Assembly: GCA_963845755.1 (NCBI GenBank)
Contig: CAWJTV010000034.1
Span: forward strand, 448,001-512,000
Source of the DNA: an uncultured Planctomycetota bacterium
Lineage (GTDB): Bacteria; Planctomycetota; Planctomycetia; Isosphaerales; Isosphaeraceae
Length of the DNA: 64,000 nt
Reading direction: 5' to 3'
Shown: piece after piece, positions 1 through 13,749 of the stretch
Numbering within the stretch: position 1 is the first letter of the stretch
Layout of the letters: each line of letters begins with the position of its first letter
The notes under the pieces: generated by a model
Databases searched by the model: none
What the model saw: only the letters and a program-made list of their open reading frames with translations
Told to the model about the DNA's origin: nothing
Position numbers and translations under genes: made by a program

Positions 1-1203
1 TCAGGGCCCTGGAGGCGAGCCCGAGGCGTGGATGAGGCGATCGCGTCCCAGATCGGCGAACGAGGCACAACCGGTAAGGCCGAGGGTCAGGTCGAGATCG
101 GCGATGAGGTTGAGGAGGACGTCCCGGACGCCGTTCTCTCCGGCGACGGCCAGGCCGTAGGCGTAAGGACGGCCCAGGAAGACGGATCGGGCCCCGAGGG
201 CCATGGCCTTGAGGATGTCGGAACCGCGGCGGATGCCGCTGTCGAAGAGGACCGTTGTCTGACCGCCGACCGCGTCGGCCACCTGCGGCAGGGCATCGAG
301 GGCCGCGATCGCGCCGTTGACCTGCCGGCCGCCATGGTTGGAGACGATCACGCCCGCGGCACCGTGGTGGACGGCCTTGCGGGCGTCGTCGGGATGGAGC
401 ACGCCCTTGATGAGGATCGGCAGCCGGGTCGCCTGCCGCAACCGTTCGAGGTCGGCCCAGGTGCGCGAGGGATCCGAGAAGACCTGGGCAAAGTACGCGA
501 ACGTCCGCGCCGGGTCCTGGCGCGGATCGCCGCCGACCGCCTGGCAGAAGACCGGATCGCTCAGGAAATTGGCCAGGCCGTCGCCGTGCAGGAACGGGAG
601 GTAGGCGTTGCGCATGTCGCGCTCGCGCCAGCCCAGGAAGAAGGTATCGACGGTCACGACGACGGCACTGAAGCCGGCTTGCTCCGCACGCTGCACTAAG
701 CTGGTGGCCAGGTCGTCGCTCCCCGGCCAGTAGAGCTGGAACCAGCGCGGGGCGTCTCCCATCACCTGGGCCACCTGCTCGATCGACATGGAGGACGCGG
801 TGCTCAGGATCATCGGGACCCCAACTGCGGCGGCGGCCCGGGCCACGGCCAGGTCGGCTTCCTTGTGGAGGATCGACAGGACGCCGATCGGGGCCAGGAG
901 GACCGGCACGGGGAGCCGTTGTCCCAGGATCTCCACGCCGAGCTCCCGACTCGACACGTTGCACAAGAACCTCGGCACGAGCCGCCAGCGGCGAAACGCC
1001 TCCAGGTTGGCGCGCACGGTCGCTTCCGAACCCGCCCCACCGGCAACGTAATCGAACGCCTCGACGCTCAACGCGGACTTCGCGTCGCTTTCGAGCTCCT
1101 CGACCGAGACCGGCTGCTCGGTTCGCTTGCCCGCCAGCCCGGCCTGGTAGATCTCCATCTGTCGTTTCAGGCCCGGCGACCCGCCCGCGGTCGGATGCGT
1201 CAT
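1..1203 (-). CDS. FMN-dependent alpha-hydroxy-acid oxidase (lactate 2-monooxygenase-like)
   Basis: FDYVAGGAG, LLAPIG, WFQLY, VTVD..GWRERD, IKG, SNHGGRQ, DSGIRRG and GRPY motifs; TGA at 1-3; start may instead be 1215. Confidence 0.9.
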   Translation of the reverse strand: MTHPTAGGSPGLKRQMEIYQAGLAGKRTEQPVSVEELESDAKSALSVEAFDYVAGGAGSEATVRANLEAFRRWRLVPRFLCNVSSRELGVEILGQRLPVPVLLAPIGVLSILHKEADLAVARAAAAVGVPMILSTASSMSIEQVAQVMGDAPRWFQLYWPGSDDLATSLVQRAEQAGFSAVVVTVDTFFLGWRERDMRNAYLPFLHGDGLANFLSDPVFCQAVGGDPRQDPARTFAYFAQVFSDPSRTWADLERLRQATRLPILIKGVLHPDDARKAVHHGAAGVIVSNHGGRQVNGAIAALDALPQVADAVGGQTTVLFDSGIRRGSDILKAMALGARSVFLGRPYAYGLAVAGENGVRDVLLNLIADLDLTLGLTGCASFADLGRDRLIHASGSPPGP

Positions 1204-1500
1204 GGTCGTTCTCATTTCGTTGTTCGAGGCCGTGACCGGCGTCAATCCACTCCCGGCGGCACGCCCACCCGCCGGACGTCAGGCTCCGCCAAAAACATGA
1301 TGCGATTGAGTCCCTCACCGGATCAAGCCCTTGGTACGACCAGGCCCCAGCCTCACATCCGGCCCGAGACCCGAGATGCTGCGCTTGAAAACCGCCGATG
1401 TTCCTGAAAAGATTGAGTAGCGAGGCAACTCTACGGACAGACATTTCGCATGATCACGGGCTTGAACGACGATCGGCCCGAATGCACGGGATACCTTCCC

Positions 1501-2986
1501 ATGAACGATCCCCAGACCCACTTCGTCGCGGTTTGCTCCCACTGCTCGACGGCTTTGAAGGTCCGCCGCGTATTTGCCGGGCAGGCCGTCCGGTGCAAGC
1601 ATTGCGAGAAAACGTTCGTGGCCGAAGAGACGGACGTTCCTGACACGAAGGGATCCGAGGAGACCGTCGCACAACCCGTCCCGGACCCGTCGAAGGAGGA
1701 GCGGATCACGGTGTCCTGTCCGAGTTGCCAGACCACCCTCAGCGTTCGGCGCGTCTATATCGGCCGTCGGGTTCGTTGCAAGCAATGCGATGAGCCGTTC
1801 CTTGTCTCGGATCCCACGGCAGCAGACCAGCCATCCCACGCCGACCAGGCCGATCGACCCGAAACTAATGGCGCGCACGAGGCAGTTCAGGCCGAGATCA
1901 GTCGGCGAAGCCAGGAACTCCAGGCTGCGCACGACCAACACCAGGCTGAGCGTGACCGGGCCAGGTCGTTGCAAGCCAACCTGGATCGGCTCTCGTCCGA
2001 GAATCAGGAACTCGAGGCCGCGAACGCTCGACTCCAGGCCGAAGTTCGACCGGCTCTCGTCCGAGAGCCAGCGGCGGCGTGACGAGCACGACACGCTCCA
2101 GGCCAGTCATGCCGAGTCTGCTTCCGAGAATCAGCACCTCCGGTTCGCTCTCGACCGGATCAGGCCGGAGCATGACCGGCTCCTTCACGAGCTCGAAAAC
2201 GCGACCAACGAGCTGAACGCCATTCGCAACGATCTGGGCGGAATCGCGACAGGGGAGGTCGGGGCCCTCGCAGCGGATCGGACCGCGTTGACCGCCGAGG
2301 CGGACCGGCTCCGTGGCGAGATCCAGGTCCTTCGCGATGAACAATCGGCTCGGGATCTCACCGCTGGCGATCGGGAAAGGCGGTGCGACGCGGACGTGAA
2401 CGCCGCTCGTGCCGAGGTCGACCGGCTCGCGGGCCTCCTCCAGCAGCGTGAAGCGGAGCTGGAGTCAGCCCGCGACGAGCAGGACCGCCTGGCCCTCGAC
2501 CGGCAACGTGCCCTGGATGAGACCGAAGCAGCTCGAGCGGCGCTCGCCGAGCGCGCGCCTCTCATTCAGGCCGAACGCGATCGGCTCCAGGAGGAGGCGG
2601 ACCAGCTCCGGATCGAGGGGGATCGACTCCGTATCGACATTGAGAGCCTCCAGCGCGGGCTTGCCGATGCGGAACAGGGCCGCCTGGAAGGGATTGGCCG
2701 CCTCGAGGCCCAGCTCGCCGAACTGGCGGAGCAACACGGACAGCTCCAGGAGCAACACAAGGCCGTCGAACGGGCGTGCACGGAACATCAAGAGCGGAAT
2801 CAGGAGCTCCGGGCAGATCTCGATCGGCTCCAATCGTCGCAGCCGGGCCCGGCATCGAGCGACGACCTTCAAGCCGCGCGTTCCGAAGTCGCATCCTTGA
2901 AGCGACAGCTCAACGAGTCGGAGCGAATCCAGAGCGAGATGGCGGCGCTCCTGGCGGGGATCGGAATTCGATACCGCGAGGTTTGA
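1501..2986 (+). CDS. Double zinc-ribbon protein with long C-terminal coiled coil (frameshift ~2043)
   Basis: Two CxxC-x17-CxxC ribbons (CSHC..CKHC; CPSC..CKQC) in ORF 1450-2082; heptad-rich E/R/L/Q/A sequence continues in ORF 1574-2986 after one extra A. Confidence 0.7.
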
Positions 2987-3010
2987 ACGTCGGATGATCT
3001 CGGGTCATGG

Positions 3011-4270
3011 TCACCAGGCTCGATCGAGAAGATCCTCGAGGTCGGCCTGAGTGCAGGGCCGCGGGTTGGTGCGATGACAGTGGTCGAGCAGAGCGAGTCG
3101 CGCATAATCGGGGATGCCGTCATGCCGTAGGCCGTCGACCTGTGCGAGCCGGCGGGGCAGGGGGAGGCGTGCGAGCACCAGCTCCGTCATGATGATGAGG
3201 TGTCCTTCGGCATCGCCGCTGCGGCCCAGCCCCAATCGCCCGGCCAGCTCCACCATCCTGGCCGTGGCGGCCCCACGGTTGAACCGCAAGGCGTGGGGCA
3301 GCAGGATCGCGTTGAGCGTCCCATGATGGGCACGCCCCTCCGACCCCAGGGCATGCGACAGCGAATGGACGACGCCCAGCCCCTTGTGGAAACTGATGCC
3401 GCCGAGTAGGGCACCCATCATCATCGCCGAGCGCGCCTCGGCGTTCGATCCGTCGCGCACGGCCGTTTCCAATCCCTTGAATATCGACCGCAAACCCTCC
3501 AGCGCGATCCCGTCACAGATCGGGTGGCACACGGTTGAAAGATAGCTTTCTACACAATGCGTGAATGCGTCCATGCCAGTACCCGCGGTCAAGACCGGTG
3601 GCAGGTCGCGCGTCAAATCCGGGTCGCAGATCGCGACGGTCGGCAGCAGATGCGGACTCAGGACGATCGTCTTTCGTCCCGTCTGGGGTAACTGGATCAA
3701 GGCCCCGCGACCGGCCTCGCTGCCCGTCCCGGCCGTGGTGGGTATGGCCACCATGGCGGGGAGATCGGGTCCGATCCGATCCTGGCCGCCATGGGTCAGG
3801 TCGTAGTCGGCCAGTTGACCCGAGTGCGTGACCAGGAGCCGGATCGCCTTGGCGGCATCGATCGCGCTGCCACCACCGAGGCCGAGGATTCCATCGCACT
3901 CGGCCTCGCGATAGCGGGTCAGTCCGGCCAGGACATCCTCTTCCATCGGGTTGGCCTGGACTTCACTGAAGACCACGGCCTGCTTCCCCAGAGGGGCCAC
4001 CACGTGACCGACCAATCCGGTCGCCAGAACCCCGGGGTCGGTCACGACCAGCGGACGAGCGACCCCCGAATGGTTCAGCTCGCTCGTCAGGAGTTCGCGC
4101 GCTCCCGAGCCGAAGAGGATCCGGTTGGGAAAGGTGAACGTGGCGACCGATCGCCCGGGTGGACTGCCGGATGAGGGGGGCCGATCGGGATGAGCCTCCG
4201 GCAGGGTTGATTTGGAATCGCGGGGGGGCGCGGCGTCACAAGGGCCGAAGGCGTCGTTGTCAAGATGCAC
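3011..4270 (-). CDS. Iron-containing alcohol dehydrogenase
   Basis: FPNRILFG, GLGGGSAID, PTTAGTGSE, GMDAFTHCVE, HSLSH and HHG motifs; start uncertain. Confidence 0.9.
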   Translation of the reverse strand: MHLDNDAFGPCDAAPPRDSKSTLPEAHPDRPPSSGSPPGRSVATFTFPNRILFGSGARELLTSELNHSGVARPLVVTDPGVLATGLVGHVVAPLGKQAVVFSEVQANPMEEDVLAGLTRYREAECDGILGLGGGSAIDAAKAIRLLVTHSGQLADYDLTHGGQDRIGPDLPAMVAIPTTAGTGSEAGRGALIQLPQTGRKTIVLSPHLLPTVAICDPDLTRDLPPVLTAGTGMDAFTHCVESYLSTVCHPICDGIALEGLRSIFKGLETAVRDGSNAEARSAMMMGALLGGISFHKGLGVVHSLSHALGSEGRAHHGTLNAILLPHALRFNRGAATARMVELAGRLGLGRSGDAEGHLIIMTELVLARLPLPRRLAQVDGLRHDGIPDYARLALLDHCHRTNPRPCTQADLEDLLDRAW

Positions 4271-4438
4271 TCTCCCGGGCCGTCGAGAGCCGTCGATCGG
4301 CTCGTCCGACTATGAGGAGTTGATAGCGGGCGATTCCGATTCCCGTGTCATCGGTCGCCTCAAGGGCCTTGATCCGTCCGGAGACCCGTTCGATCGGGTC
4401 CGCACGCTCGGAAGATCGGCAAAGCCCCCGGCCGGGCG

Positions 4439-4780
4439 TCAGGTGCCGGAGTTGATCCCATCCAACGAGGAGATCAACTGTTCCATCTCCTCCGCCGCGT
4501 GCGAGTTGCCGGCGGACCGAGCCTTGGCCACTCCCGCCTGGAGGATGGTCAGAGCGGCCTGCAACTCTCCCGTCTCGGCGTAGGACTGGCCCAGTTGCTG
4601 GTAAGCTGCCACCTGGCCGTCCGGATCGTCGGCGATCAAGGAACGGAGTCGCTGGCGCCCGTCCTCGACGTCACCATCCCGGAGGCACTGGAGCGCCAGC
4701 CCGTACCGCAGAAACGGATCGTTCGGATCCTCGGCCAGGCTCTCTTCCAGCATCAGTCGCTTCGGTGATTTTTCCGCCAT
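4439..4780 (-). CDS. Small tetratricopeptide-repeat protein
   Basis: DPNDPFLRYGLA and AAYQQLGQSY TPR-like helical pairs; 113 aa. Confidence 0.75.
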   Translation of the reverse strand: MAEKSPKRLMLEESLAEDPNDPFLRYGLALQCLRDGDVEDGRQRLRSLIADDPDGQVAAYQQLGQSYAETGELQAALTILQAGVAKARSAGNSHAAEEMEQLISSLDGINSGT

Positions 4781-5291
4781 GGACTGACTCGGTCGGTTCC
4801 AGGGCCCGCGAATTCACCCACCCTCAAGACCGGCATCGGTCCTTCGGCCGCCGATCCAGGTACCGTCAGTTGACCCGTTCCGACGGCCCACCACAGGTCC
4901 TCTCCGTCCTGCAAATCAGGCTAGCGATCCACCGGGCTCACTGTCAATGCAAGCTCTTAAGGAATACGGAACACTTCTTCAGATCGTGTTTCGTGTTCGC
5001 CGCAGGCCAGCCATCGGGCCGGACGATCGCGACTGACTTCCTCATCAGGATGGAGATCAGGAACCCGAAGTCTGGACTGAGTTTATTTCCGGAGGGTTCA
5101 CGACCGATCGCGCTTCCTTCCTGATCAGGAGAACTGAGGCAAGCCAGGGGAAGATTGCGGATCATTACGAAAGCAGGGAAACCTGGGGAACATCGGTGGC
5201 TCCATCCTCAAGCCTGGAAACGGGGTAACCGATCCAAAACCAAGCCGGCATCGACGACAGGAGAAGCCGACGAGAAGCCGGATGGAACGGG

Positions 5292-6758
5292 ATGGGGTTG
5301 AAACGAGTGCAGCTTCGGTCTATCGCTGAGGGGACGAGCGCCGTGCCAACGCCACTGACGAGTCGAGGTGACGGATTCCTTCGGAAGATCGCACTGAGCC
5401 TGACAGTGATGGTGGTCGCGATAACGCCGACGCCCAGCCGGGTCCAGGCTGCGTCGGAATCGCGGCGAACCGCCGTCGTGGAAGCCATCGGGAAGGTTCA
5501 CCCGTGCGTGGTCAGTATCTCCAGTGAAAAGAAGGCCGAGTCGCATAGCCGCTGGCCGTTCTCCGCCGAAGAGAACCAGCGGCCTCGCGTGAACGGCATG
5601 GGCAGCGGCGTCGTGATCGACCGGCGCGGTTACATCTTGACCAACCATCATGTCGTGGACAAGGTCCAGGGAATCGTGGTGCAACTCTTCGACGGCAGCA
5701 CCTACCCGGCCCGGTTGCTCCAGTACGACGCGGTCATGGATCTGGCTTTGGTGAAAGTTGAGGCCCCTCGCCCCCTGCCGGCGATCGACCTGGGCACATC
5801 CTCCGACCTGATGGTCGGGGAGACGGTGATCACCATCGGCAACGCGTTCGGCTACGAGAACACGGTCTCCCAGGGGATCATCAGCGCCCTGCATCGGGAT
5901 GTGACGCTCTCCGACGAGCAGGTCTATCGCAACTTGATCCAGACCGATGCCTGCATCAATCCCGGCAACTCGGGGGGACCGCTGATCAACATTGACGGAG
6001 AGCTGATCGGGATCAACGTGGCGGTACGAGCCGGGGCCCAGGGGATCGGTTTCGCCCTGCCGATCGACGAGGTCAGGCGCGTCGCCGCCGAACTGATGAG
6101 CACCCGACGGCTGGCCTCAACCTGGCATGGTCTGGTCACCACCGACCAGCGCCGGGGGTCGAAACACGGCGTCATCGTCGCCGAGGTCCAAACCGGAAGC
6201 CCGGCCGAAACCTCGGGATTCCGGGCTGGGGATGAACTGGTCCGGGTCGGTGATCAGCCGATCACGAACGGCCTGGACCTCGAGCGATGGCTGCTGGATG
6301 TCCGCCCGGGCCGCCCGGCGAGTGTGACCTTCCGACGCGGTGGCACGGAGAGCGCCGTGGCGCTGGATGTCCGGCCCATCCCCAATGCATCGGGAGCACC
6401 CGCCAGCACCACCGACGACATCGTCTGGCGACTCCTCGGGCTCAAGACGGTCCACGTCTCGCCGGAATATGTGGCGGCGGTCTCGTCCAAGCTCCGTGGT
6501 GGCCTCTACGTCCAGGCCGTGTCGCCCGGGAGCCTCGCCGCCGAGGCGGCCATCCAGAAAGGGGATATCCTGGTCGGGATGAACGTCGGAAGCCGGCACT
6601 GGGAGACGATCTGGCCCGACAATATCGTGTATGTTCTGCGCCAGCCCGAGACCGCCCAGACGCAAAGCGCCTTGTTCTACGTGGTACGGAGAAACGGCAT
6701 CCAGCCGCGTCGGATCAGCCTCGCGGCTTCGGTGACCCAATCGGCCTTGATTCGCTGA
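5292..6758 (+). CDS. HtrA/DegP-like trypsin serine protease with two PDZ domains
   Basis: LTNHHV, DLAL, IQTDACINPGNSGGPL catalytic motifs; PDZ-like GSPAETSGFRAGD and GSLAAEAAIQKGD; start uncertain. Confidence 0.9.
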   Translation: MGLKRVQLRSIAEGTSAVPTPLTSRGDGFLRKIALSLTVMVVAITPTPSRVQAASESRRTAVVEAIGKVHPCVVSISSEKKAESHSRWPFSAEENQRPRVNGMGSGVVIDRRGYILTNHHVVDKVQGIVVQLFDGSTYPARLLQYDAVMDLALVKVEAPRPLPAIDLGTSSDLMVGETVITIGNAFGYENTVSQGIISALHRDVTLSDEQVYRNLIQTDACINPGNSGGPLINIDGELIGINVAVRAGAQGIGFALPIDEVRRVAAELMSTRRLASTWHGLVTTDQRRGSKHGVIVAEVQTGSPAETSGFRAGDELVRVGDQPITNGLDLERWLLDVRPGRPASVTFRRGGTESAVALDVRPIPNASGAPASTTDDIVWRLLGLKTVHVSPEYVAAVSSKLRGGLYVQAVSPGSLAAEAAIQKGDILVGMNVGSRHWETIWPDNIVYVLRQPETAQTQSALFYVVRRNGIQPRRISLAASVTQSALIR

Positions 6759-7229
6759 GGCCCTTCCTCGGCGACCACTCCGGTCGCCGATTCGCGTGCA
6801 GCCGTCTCGAGCGACGATTCGGCTTGGGATCGTGGTGGTGAATCGGACCTCGAACGATCCGCAGCCACGGTCCCGCAACTCGCAAAGCCCGGCCTGAGAA
6901 TCGCCCTCCAGAGTGCTCGACGTTCGCAAATCGTCGGGAAGCGCCGACCTCACTCGGCCCGCTCGCGTCGCTGAAAACAACCGAAAAAACGCATTCCCGG
7001 TAAACTTAACCGGGCCGAGACGCTTTGACGCTCGATAACGACGCACTATCGAGCGAGATCGACTGTCCGGTGACGGCAAATTGGGCCTGGGATCACAGGG
7101 GCATCGACACAATCGTGTCGAACCGCTAGCTTGATCGAATGCGCCATCGAGCGTTCGGGAACCGCCGGAGAAGCGTGGCCGGGGAACCTCGACCCGAAGG
7201 CTGGGGCGGAGCAAAGCCAGGATACCGTC

Positions 7230-7925
7230 ATGGAGGAAGACCTCCCACAGGGACCCGAAGACGAGCGTCCCGCCCGGGATGTGATCATCATCTTCGCTGT
7301 CTTCTTCGAAGCGGGCCTGGCTCCCTTCTCGCTCATCCTCGGCTGGTTCCTGGGGCATCCGCCGTTGGGCGGGTTCGTCTGGAACCCAGGCGATGTGCTG
7401 TGGGGAGTGGCGGCGGCATTCCCCTTGATCGCCATGTTCCTGACGATCCTGATCTGGCCGATCGGGCCGCTGGCCCGCGCCAAGCAATTCTGCGACAGGG
7501 AGGTCGCCCCGATGTTCGAGAACAGCACATGGTCCGATCTGGCCATGCTTTCCCTGTCGGCGGGAGTCGGTGAAGAGATGCTGTTCCGCGGCGTTCTCCA
7601 GCCGGCATTTACTCACGGGATGGGGCTGACCTGGGGCCTGGTCCTGGCGAGTGTGCTCTTCGGACTCTTGCATCCCATTTCCTTATCATACATCGCGATC
7701 GCTGCGGCCCTCGGTTTCTATTTCGGCGCCGTCCGGATCATCAACGGGAATCTGCTGGCGGTCATGGTGACCCACTCCCTCTTCGATTTCGCCGCCCTCG
7801 CCTACCTCATCCGGTTCCAGCATTGGGACGAGGGACCGCCCAGCACGGATTCAGCGCACCCGCGATCTCCGGGGAGATGCCCGAACCGCAAGGTCCGGCG
7901 CCGGCGGCGACTCGACAACTCCTGA
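7230..7925 (+). CDS. CPBP (CAAX/Abi) family intramembrane metalloprotease
   Basis: EEMLFRG, FGLLH and HSLFD motifs with several TM helices. Confidence 0.85.
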   Translation: MEEDLPQGPEDERPARDVIIIFAVFFEAGLAPFSLILGWFLGHPPLGGFVWNPGDVLWGVAAAFPLIAMFLTILIWPIGPLARAKQFCDREVAPMFENSTWSDLAMLSLSAGVGEEMLFRGVLQPAFTHGMGLTWGLVLASVLFGLLHPISLSYIAIAAALGFYFGAVRIINGNLLAVMVTHSLFDFAALAYLIRFQHWDEGPPSTDSAHPRSPGRCPNRKVRRRRRLDNS

Positions 7926-8130
7926 TGATTTTGCACGATCTCTCGGCTATGCTGGCGATCGACCCGTGGGCGGGATGGGAGCGTAGAAGAAGGCGTGCCC
8001 ATGGGGAGCCGGCGCCTCGGGATCGGTGGGCGTACGGCTGAGGCTGAGAACCTGGCCAGCCGTGGCCCGCGGGACCTGGTGTCGCCCTGGGGCGTGAGTC
8101 GGAACCCTCTTCGCGAAAGGGTCAAAAAGG

Positions 8131-9089
8131 ATGGTGACGATCGTGATCCCAAACCCGTGTGTACGACCCGCTCGCCACGGCAACGCGCGCGCCTCGCTGG
8201 CGACGATCGTTGTGGTCGCCGCCTGGCTCCTGGGCGGCCTGCTGCCGGCTTCGGCCTCGGCCGAGGTCCTGCGCTGGAAGTTCAAGGCCGGTGAGGTGTT
8301 GCACTATTCGATCGAGATGAAGACCCAGATGAATCTCAAGAGCGCGGATCGTCAGGACCGGTCGAGCGAATCGCGGATTATCGACATGAGCTGGACGGTG
8401 CTGAATGTTGCGCCGGGGGCGAGGCGGAGATCACCCAGCGGATCGACCGCATCCGGATGAAGGGCGAGCGGCCGCCGTACATGCCGCTCGATTTCGATTC
8501 GAGCAGCTCCAAGGGGGTTGCGGCCGGCTTCGAGGAGTTAGCGAAACATTTCAAGTCCATGGTCGGTCTCGAGTTCACATTCTCGATGCGGCCCACCGGA
8601 GAGATCGGGGATATCAAGTTCCCGAAGCAGACCCTCGACACGATCCGGAAGGCGGCGCCGCGCGGGGGAGCGCAGGAGGCAGATGCCGAGAAGCCGCTCA
8701 AGGAGATGCTCCGCCAGTCCAGTCCACCGACCTTCCCCGTTGGCGAGGTCGAGCCGGGCAAGACCTGGAAGAGCAAACAGGAGCGCATCCCCACTCAAGT
8801 TGCAATCATGGTTATGGAACGAACGTTCACATTTCAGGGCCCGGACCCGAAGACGCCCGAACTCCTGCTGCTGGGCATGGACACCAAGGTGACCCTTGAG
8901 CCCGTCGAGGGCGCGACGTCTACGATTCGGAAACAAGAAGGGAAGGGGAGCATGAAGCTCGACACCCGGTCCGGTCACCTGGTCAGCGTTCGCATGACGC
9001 AGAAGATCGACATGACCATCAGCGAGCCCAATGGTCAGGCGATCGAGCAGGCGACCGAGACGACCACGGCGATGAACCTTTTGCCATGA
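8131..9089 (+). CDS. Secreted hypothetical protein, DUF6263-like (frameshift ~8420)
   Basis: Signal peptide ending ASASA then EVLRWKFKAGEVLHY; joins ORF 8457-9089 across GCGCCGGGGGC. Confidence 0.6.
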
Positions 9090-9147
9090 CCCCGAGGGCC
9101 CGGACGGCGCCCTCCGCTCCGGCGGCCGGAACGCAGGTCGCGGGCTC

Positions 9148-12204
<3,057 letters not shown>

Positions 12205-12717
12205 CGGCAGGGAGGTAGGGGCCAGCCCCCCTTCGCCCCAGGAATCGGTAGTCGGTCCATTGAATATAGCCACGTTCAGTCCCGGTGCAAAACACAGTGG
12301 GTGATGCATCCATGCAATCGCGATCCCGGGTTTGATGCTGAGATCGATTGGCATTGGTCGTCTTGACCTCTCATTCCACCCTAGCGTTTCGGCGCCGATT
12401 CGCAAGCTTTTCGTTAGCGAAATATCGACAGGCAGGCTGGCCGTCCCCGCGCGGACGTTGTTTTGAGACAACCTTCCACTCTCGGTCCATCTTGTTTAAA
12501 CATCATTCCTCTTTACCCCAAGTCACCCATGTTACGCTCCTGGTCCAAAAATGTGGGCAATTTGAGATGTTTTATCAGATGAGGTAATCTGGAATGAGCA
12601 TTTGGCAGGGTAACGACGAGTCTTCGGCGCCGAGATTTCGTCACTTTGTGCGATTGCGACACCATGAGACGGAAGGAGGAAGGTCCGCGTTTGCGGTTCT
12701 GGGGAGCCAAAAAGGAC

Positions 12718-12735
12718 TGGGCACGAGCCATGCTT
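12718..12735 (+). promoter_or_regulatory. Sigma-54 -24/-12 promoter
   Basis: TGGGCACGAGCCATGCTT: GG(12720-21)-N10-GC(12732-33), upstream of the hydrolase and divergent from a bEBP gene. Confidence 0.7.
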
Positions 12736-12876
12736 AGAGATAAGTGTCTGTGGGGTGGACACCAATGCATCGTCGCGAGTTGGCCCCACAAGCAACCCAC
12801 TGAGATCGCCATCAGTGATTTGAGTCGCGGGTGGAAGGGTCCAGCCGATGTGATCGGGGGCCACCGAGGAGACACC

Positions 12877-13749
12877 ATGCGTTTAGCAGCGAAGTGGCAG
12901 GGTTCGTGGAAGTGGGAGAGCGGATTCGATGCATGCCATGTAGAGCCCGTCCGAATCAGTGGAGAATGGGTGGATGTCATGCGCCTAGGACGAGGAGATC
13001 CCCTCGTCATCGTGCCGGGGCTAGCGGGTGGATGGAAGCTTTTATGGCCGTTGGCGGCCGAGCTGGCTCGGGATTTTGAAGTCTTCGTGTATGGGTTGCG
13101 GGGCGATCGTCATCCGTGGACCGTTTTCGACGGGGAATCGGGTCGGACCTCCGAGATGCGTGATTACGCCGAGGATCTCTCGGCGTTGATCGATGGACTG
13201 GGATTGTCCAGTCCCTCGGTCCTGGGGATCTCGTTCGGTGGGGCAATCGCGCTGGAGCTGGCCGCCCAGCAGCCGCAGAGTCTCGGCGCCCTGGTGGTCC
13301 ACGGTGCGGAGTCTCGCTTTCACCCCACGCTCGGCTCGACGATCGCACGGCGCGTCCTTGAACGGTTCCCGCTCCCGCGCGACAGCGGCTTTGTCAATCA
13401 GTTCTTCCACTTGCTCTACGGGAAGAAGCCCCAGCCCGGACCCCTCGTGGATTTTGTCATCGAGCGGATCTGGGAGACCGAGCAGAGCGTGATGGCCAGG
13501 CGGCTCGCCCAGTTGGAGTCCTTCGACGTTTCCGATCAGCTCTGGAGGATCGACGTACCGACGATGGTCATTGCCGGGAGCCGTGACGTCGTGGTCCCGG
13601 CCGCGCGACAACGTGCCCTGGCGGAAGCCATCTCGAGTGCCCGGTTCGAGCTGGTCGAAGACGCCGGCCACCTCGGCTTCTTGACCCATCGTGCGGAAGT
13701 CGTCCGAAATGTGAAGCGACATCTGCAGCGCGTCAAGGCGATGGTGTAG
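12877..13749 (+). CDS. Alpha/beta hydrolase
   Basis: VPGLAGG oxyanion loop, GISFGG nucleophile elbow, GSRDVVV, AGHLGF; RBS GAGGAG before ATG 12877. Confidence 0.85.
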   Translation: MRLAAKWQGSWKWESGFDACHVEPVRISGEWVDVMRLGRGDPLVIVPGLAGGWKLLWPLAAELARDFEVFVYGLRGDRHPWTVFDGESGRTSEMRDYAEDLSALIDGLGLSSPSVLGISFGGAIALELAAQQPQSLGALVVHGAESRFHPTLGSTIARRVLERFPLPRDSGFVNQFFHLLYGKKPQPGPLVDFVIERIWETEQSVMARRLAQLESFDVSDQLWRIDVPTMVIAGSRDVVVPAARQRALAEAISSARFELVEDAGHLGFLTHRAEVVRNVKRHLQRVKAMV

